From Mobula hypostoma (taxonomy: Eukaryota), in the NCBI RefSeq assembly GCF_963921235.1, contig NC_086108.1:92258001-92322000 (forward strand): DNA of 64,000 bases, read 5' to 3'. Numbering within the stretch: the first letter of the stretch is position 1; each line of letters opens with the position of its first letter. The notes beneath the pieces were generated by a model that saw nothing but the letters and a program-made list of their open reading frames with translations, made no database searches and was not told where the DNA came from. A program made the position numbers and the translations under genes. Of this stretch, positions 61,760 through 64,000 are shown piece after piece.

Positions 61760-62745
61760 CAATAAGGTAGGGACGACATGAAATTAGATCTTGTTTGGTA
61801 GTGAAGAAGGTTATCATAGATTACAGGGAGATCTTGATCAGTTAGAGAAGTGGGCTGATGAGTAGAAGAATGGATTATGGTACCGATACCTGTGAAGTGA
61901 TCCATTCTGATAAGTGAAACCAATGTAAGGCTTAAAATTTGAATGGTAGGGCTCTGGGGAGTGTAATAGAAAGGAGACCTTGGAGTACAAGAGGATAGTT
62001 CCCCCCTTGACCGTATAGGTTTCCTCCAGGTGCTCCAGTTTCCTCCCACACTCCAAATTTGTATGTATTAGGGTTAGTGAGTTGTGGGCATGCTATGTTG
62101 GCACTGGGAAGTGTGGCAACACCTGCAACCTGCTCAGCTCAATGTTTGCTCACTTGATTTGATGAAAAAAAAGCGCATTTCACTGTTTGTTTCAATGTGC
62201 ATGTGACAAACAAAGCTAATCTTCACACAATGCTAATCATTCCTTGAATGCAGCATCACAAGTAAACAGGCTGGGCAAAAAAAAAGTGTTTAGCATGTCG
62301 CCCTTCATCAGTGATGGCACTGAGTACAGGAGCTGGGACTTGGTGTTCCAGTTGTACAAGTTGTTGGTGAGGTCGTACTGGGAGTATTGTGCAGGGTTAC
62401 AGTTACTCTGTTGTAGGAAAGAAGTGGTTAAACTGGAACTAGTGCAGAAAAGATTTATGAGAACGTTGCCAGGTCTAGAGGGCCTGAGTAAAAGGAAGAA
62501 CTGAGCCAAGCCAACTTGGAGCATACAAGAATAAGTGGTGATTTTATAGAAAGTTTATAAAATCATGAGGTGCATAGGTAGGAGAAGGGTAGGGACCAAA
62601 ACAAGGGGGCATAGATTTAGGGTGAGAGAAGAGAAATTCAGAAGGGACCTGAGGGGCAACTTTTGCACGCAGAAGGTGGAATGAACTACCAGAACAAGTA
62701 GTTGAGGTAGGTACAATAATATTAAATACCTCTTAAATGTCTCTA
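61760..62745 (+). mobile_element. Old CR1 RT C-terminal region interrupted by a V-SINE/non-LTR tail (~62000-62225)
   Basis: LYKLLVRSYWEYC..LELVQKRFMRTLPGLEGLS; upstream ggagaccttggagtaca (RDLGV). Confidence 0.75.
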
Positions 62746-62917
62746 TGATATCTGACTCCACCATCACACCTTAGAATGAGAATCAGAATAAGGTTCTATA
62801 TCACTGGCGCCCATCATGAAATTTGATGTTTTGTAGCAGCAGTCCATTGCAATATATAATAAAAAATATAAATTACAATAAGACAGGTCCTCTAAAATAA
62901 TAACACCAAGGGATTTC

Positions 62918-63197
62918 AAGTTGCTGACCACCCCCCCCCCCACCTCTGATCCTCCAATAACGACTGGTTCATGGACCTCTGGTTTCCTCCTCCTGAAGTC
63001 AATAATCAGCTCCTTGCTCTTGCTGATATTGAGTGAGAGGATGTTACTGTGGCACGACTCAGCCAGATTTTCAAGCTCCCTCCTATATGCTAACTCATCA
63101 CCACCTTTGATTCGGTCAGCAACAGTGGTGTCATCAGCAAACTGGAATATGGCACTGGAGCTGTGCTTAGCTACACAGTCATAAATGTAAAGCGATT
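62918..63197 (-). mobile_element. Rex1/L2-type RT fragment
   Basis: Minus strand reads QFADDTTVAD..KGGDELAYRRELENLA..LNISKSKELIIDFRRRK. Confidence 0.85.
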
Positions 63198-63953
63198 AGA
63201 TTATTATCAAAATGGGGAGAAGGTTCAAACGTCAGAGGTGCAGAGGGACTTGGGAGTCTTCGTACAAGACTCCCAGAAGGTTAATTTATAGGTTAAGTCT
63301 GTGGTAAAGAAGGCAAATGCAATGTTGGTATTTATTTCAAGGGGAATAGAAGGAGATAATTCTGAGCCTTTATAAGACACTAGTCAGGCTGCACCTGGAG
63401 TATTATCAACAGTTTTGGGCCCCATATCTCAGAAGAGATGTGTCATCTTTGGAGAGAGTCCAGAGGAGGTTCACGAGGATGATTCTAGGAATGAAGGGAT
63501 TAATATATAAGGAGCATTTGACAGCTTTGGGCCTGTACTCACTGGAATTTAGAAGAATGCAGGGGAATCTCATTGAAATCTACTGAATGTTGAAATGACT
63601 AGATAAGATGGATGTGGAGAGGATGTTTCCTATGGTGGGGGTGTGAAGAACTAGAGGGCACAGCCTCAAAATTGAGGGGCAACCTTATAGAATAGAGGTA
63701 AGGAGGAATTTTTTTAGCCAGAGAGTAGTGAGTCTATGGAATGTTCTGCCACAGACTGCAGTGGAGGCCAAGTCCGTAGGTATATTTAAGCTGGAAGTTG
63801 ATCGTTTCCTGATCAGTCAGGGCATTGAAAGATATGGCGGAAAGGCAGGTGTATGAGGTTGAGAGGGATCTGGGATCAGTAATGATGGAATGGTGGAGCA
63901 GACTCAGTGGGCTGAATGGCTTAATTCTGCTCCCATGTCTTATGGTCCTATGG
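63198..63953 (+). mobile_element. CR1 3' fragment
   Basis: Close paralog of 25158-25900 (aaatggggagaaggttcaaacgtcagaggtgcagagggacttgggagtc...); tail gtcttatggtcctatgg. Confidence 0.92.
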
Positions 63954-64000
63954 ATTATTGACGAACGTCCAGCAGTTGTAAGTTGTCTAATTAATGACAA

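Overview
Repeat-saturated, gene-poor vertebrate genomic DNA. It is most likely a cartilaginous fish, probably a ray; this is inferred from the mix of repeat families and was not searched. No intact host protein-coding gene is recognisable, and the ORFs in the track that have a recognisable product are transposon remnants. The window holds one near full-length but disabled CR1 LINE (~21.7-25.9 kb), many CR1 and Rex1/L2-type 3' fragments, Neptune-type Penelope-like elements (GIY-YIG), Tc1/mariner and Tigger-like DNA transposon relics, V-domain SINEs, RTE-derived elements, two solo LTRs and a 22-bp minisatellite. Most notable observations: (1) minimal hammerhead-ribozyme motifs in the Penelope 3' ends, including fold-back mini-elements built from two such ends; (2) a ~2.5 kb head-to-head Penelope inverted repeat whose arms share a breakpoint and a frameshift; (3) a Tigger-like non-autonomous DNA transposon containing an ITS2-like/28S rRNA junction fragment; (4) a templated, multi-switch junction between a Penelope and a Tc1 element. 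Element boundaries were read by eye and are approximate unless a terminal motif is quoted.
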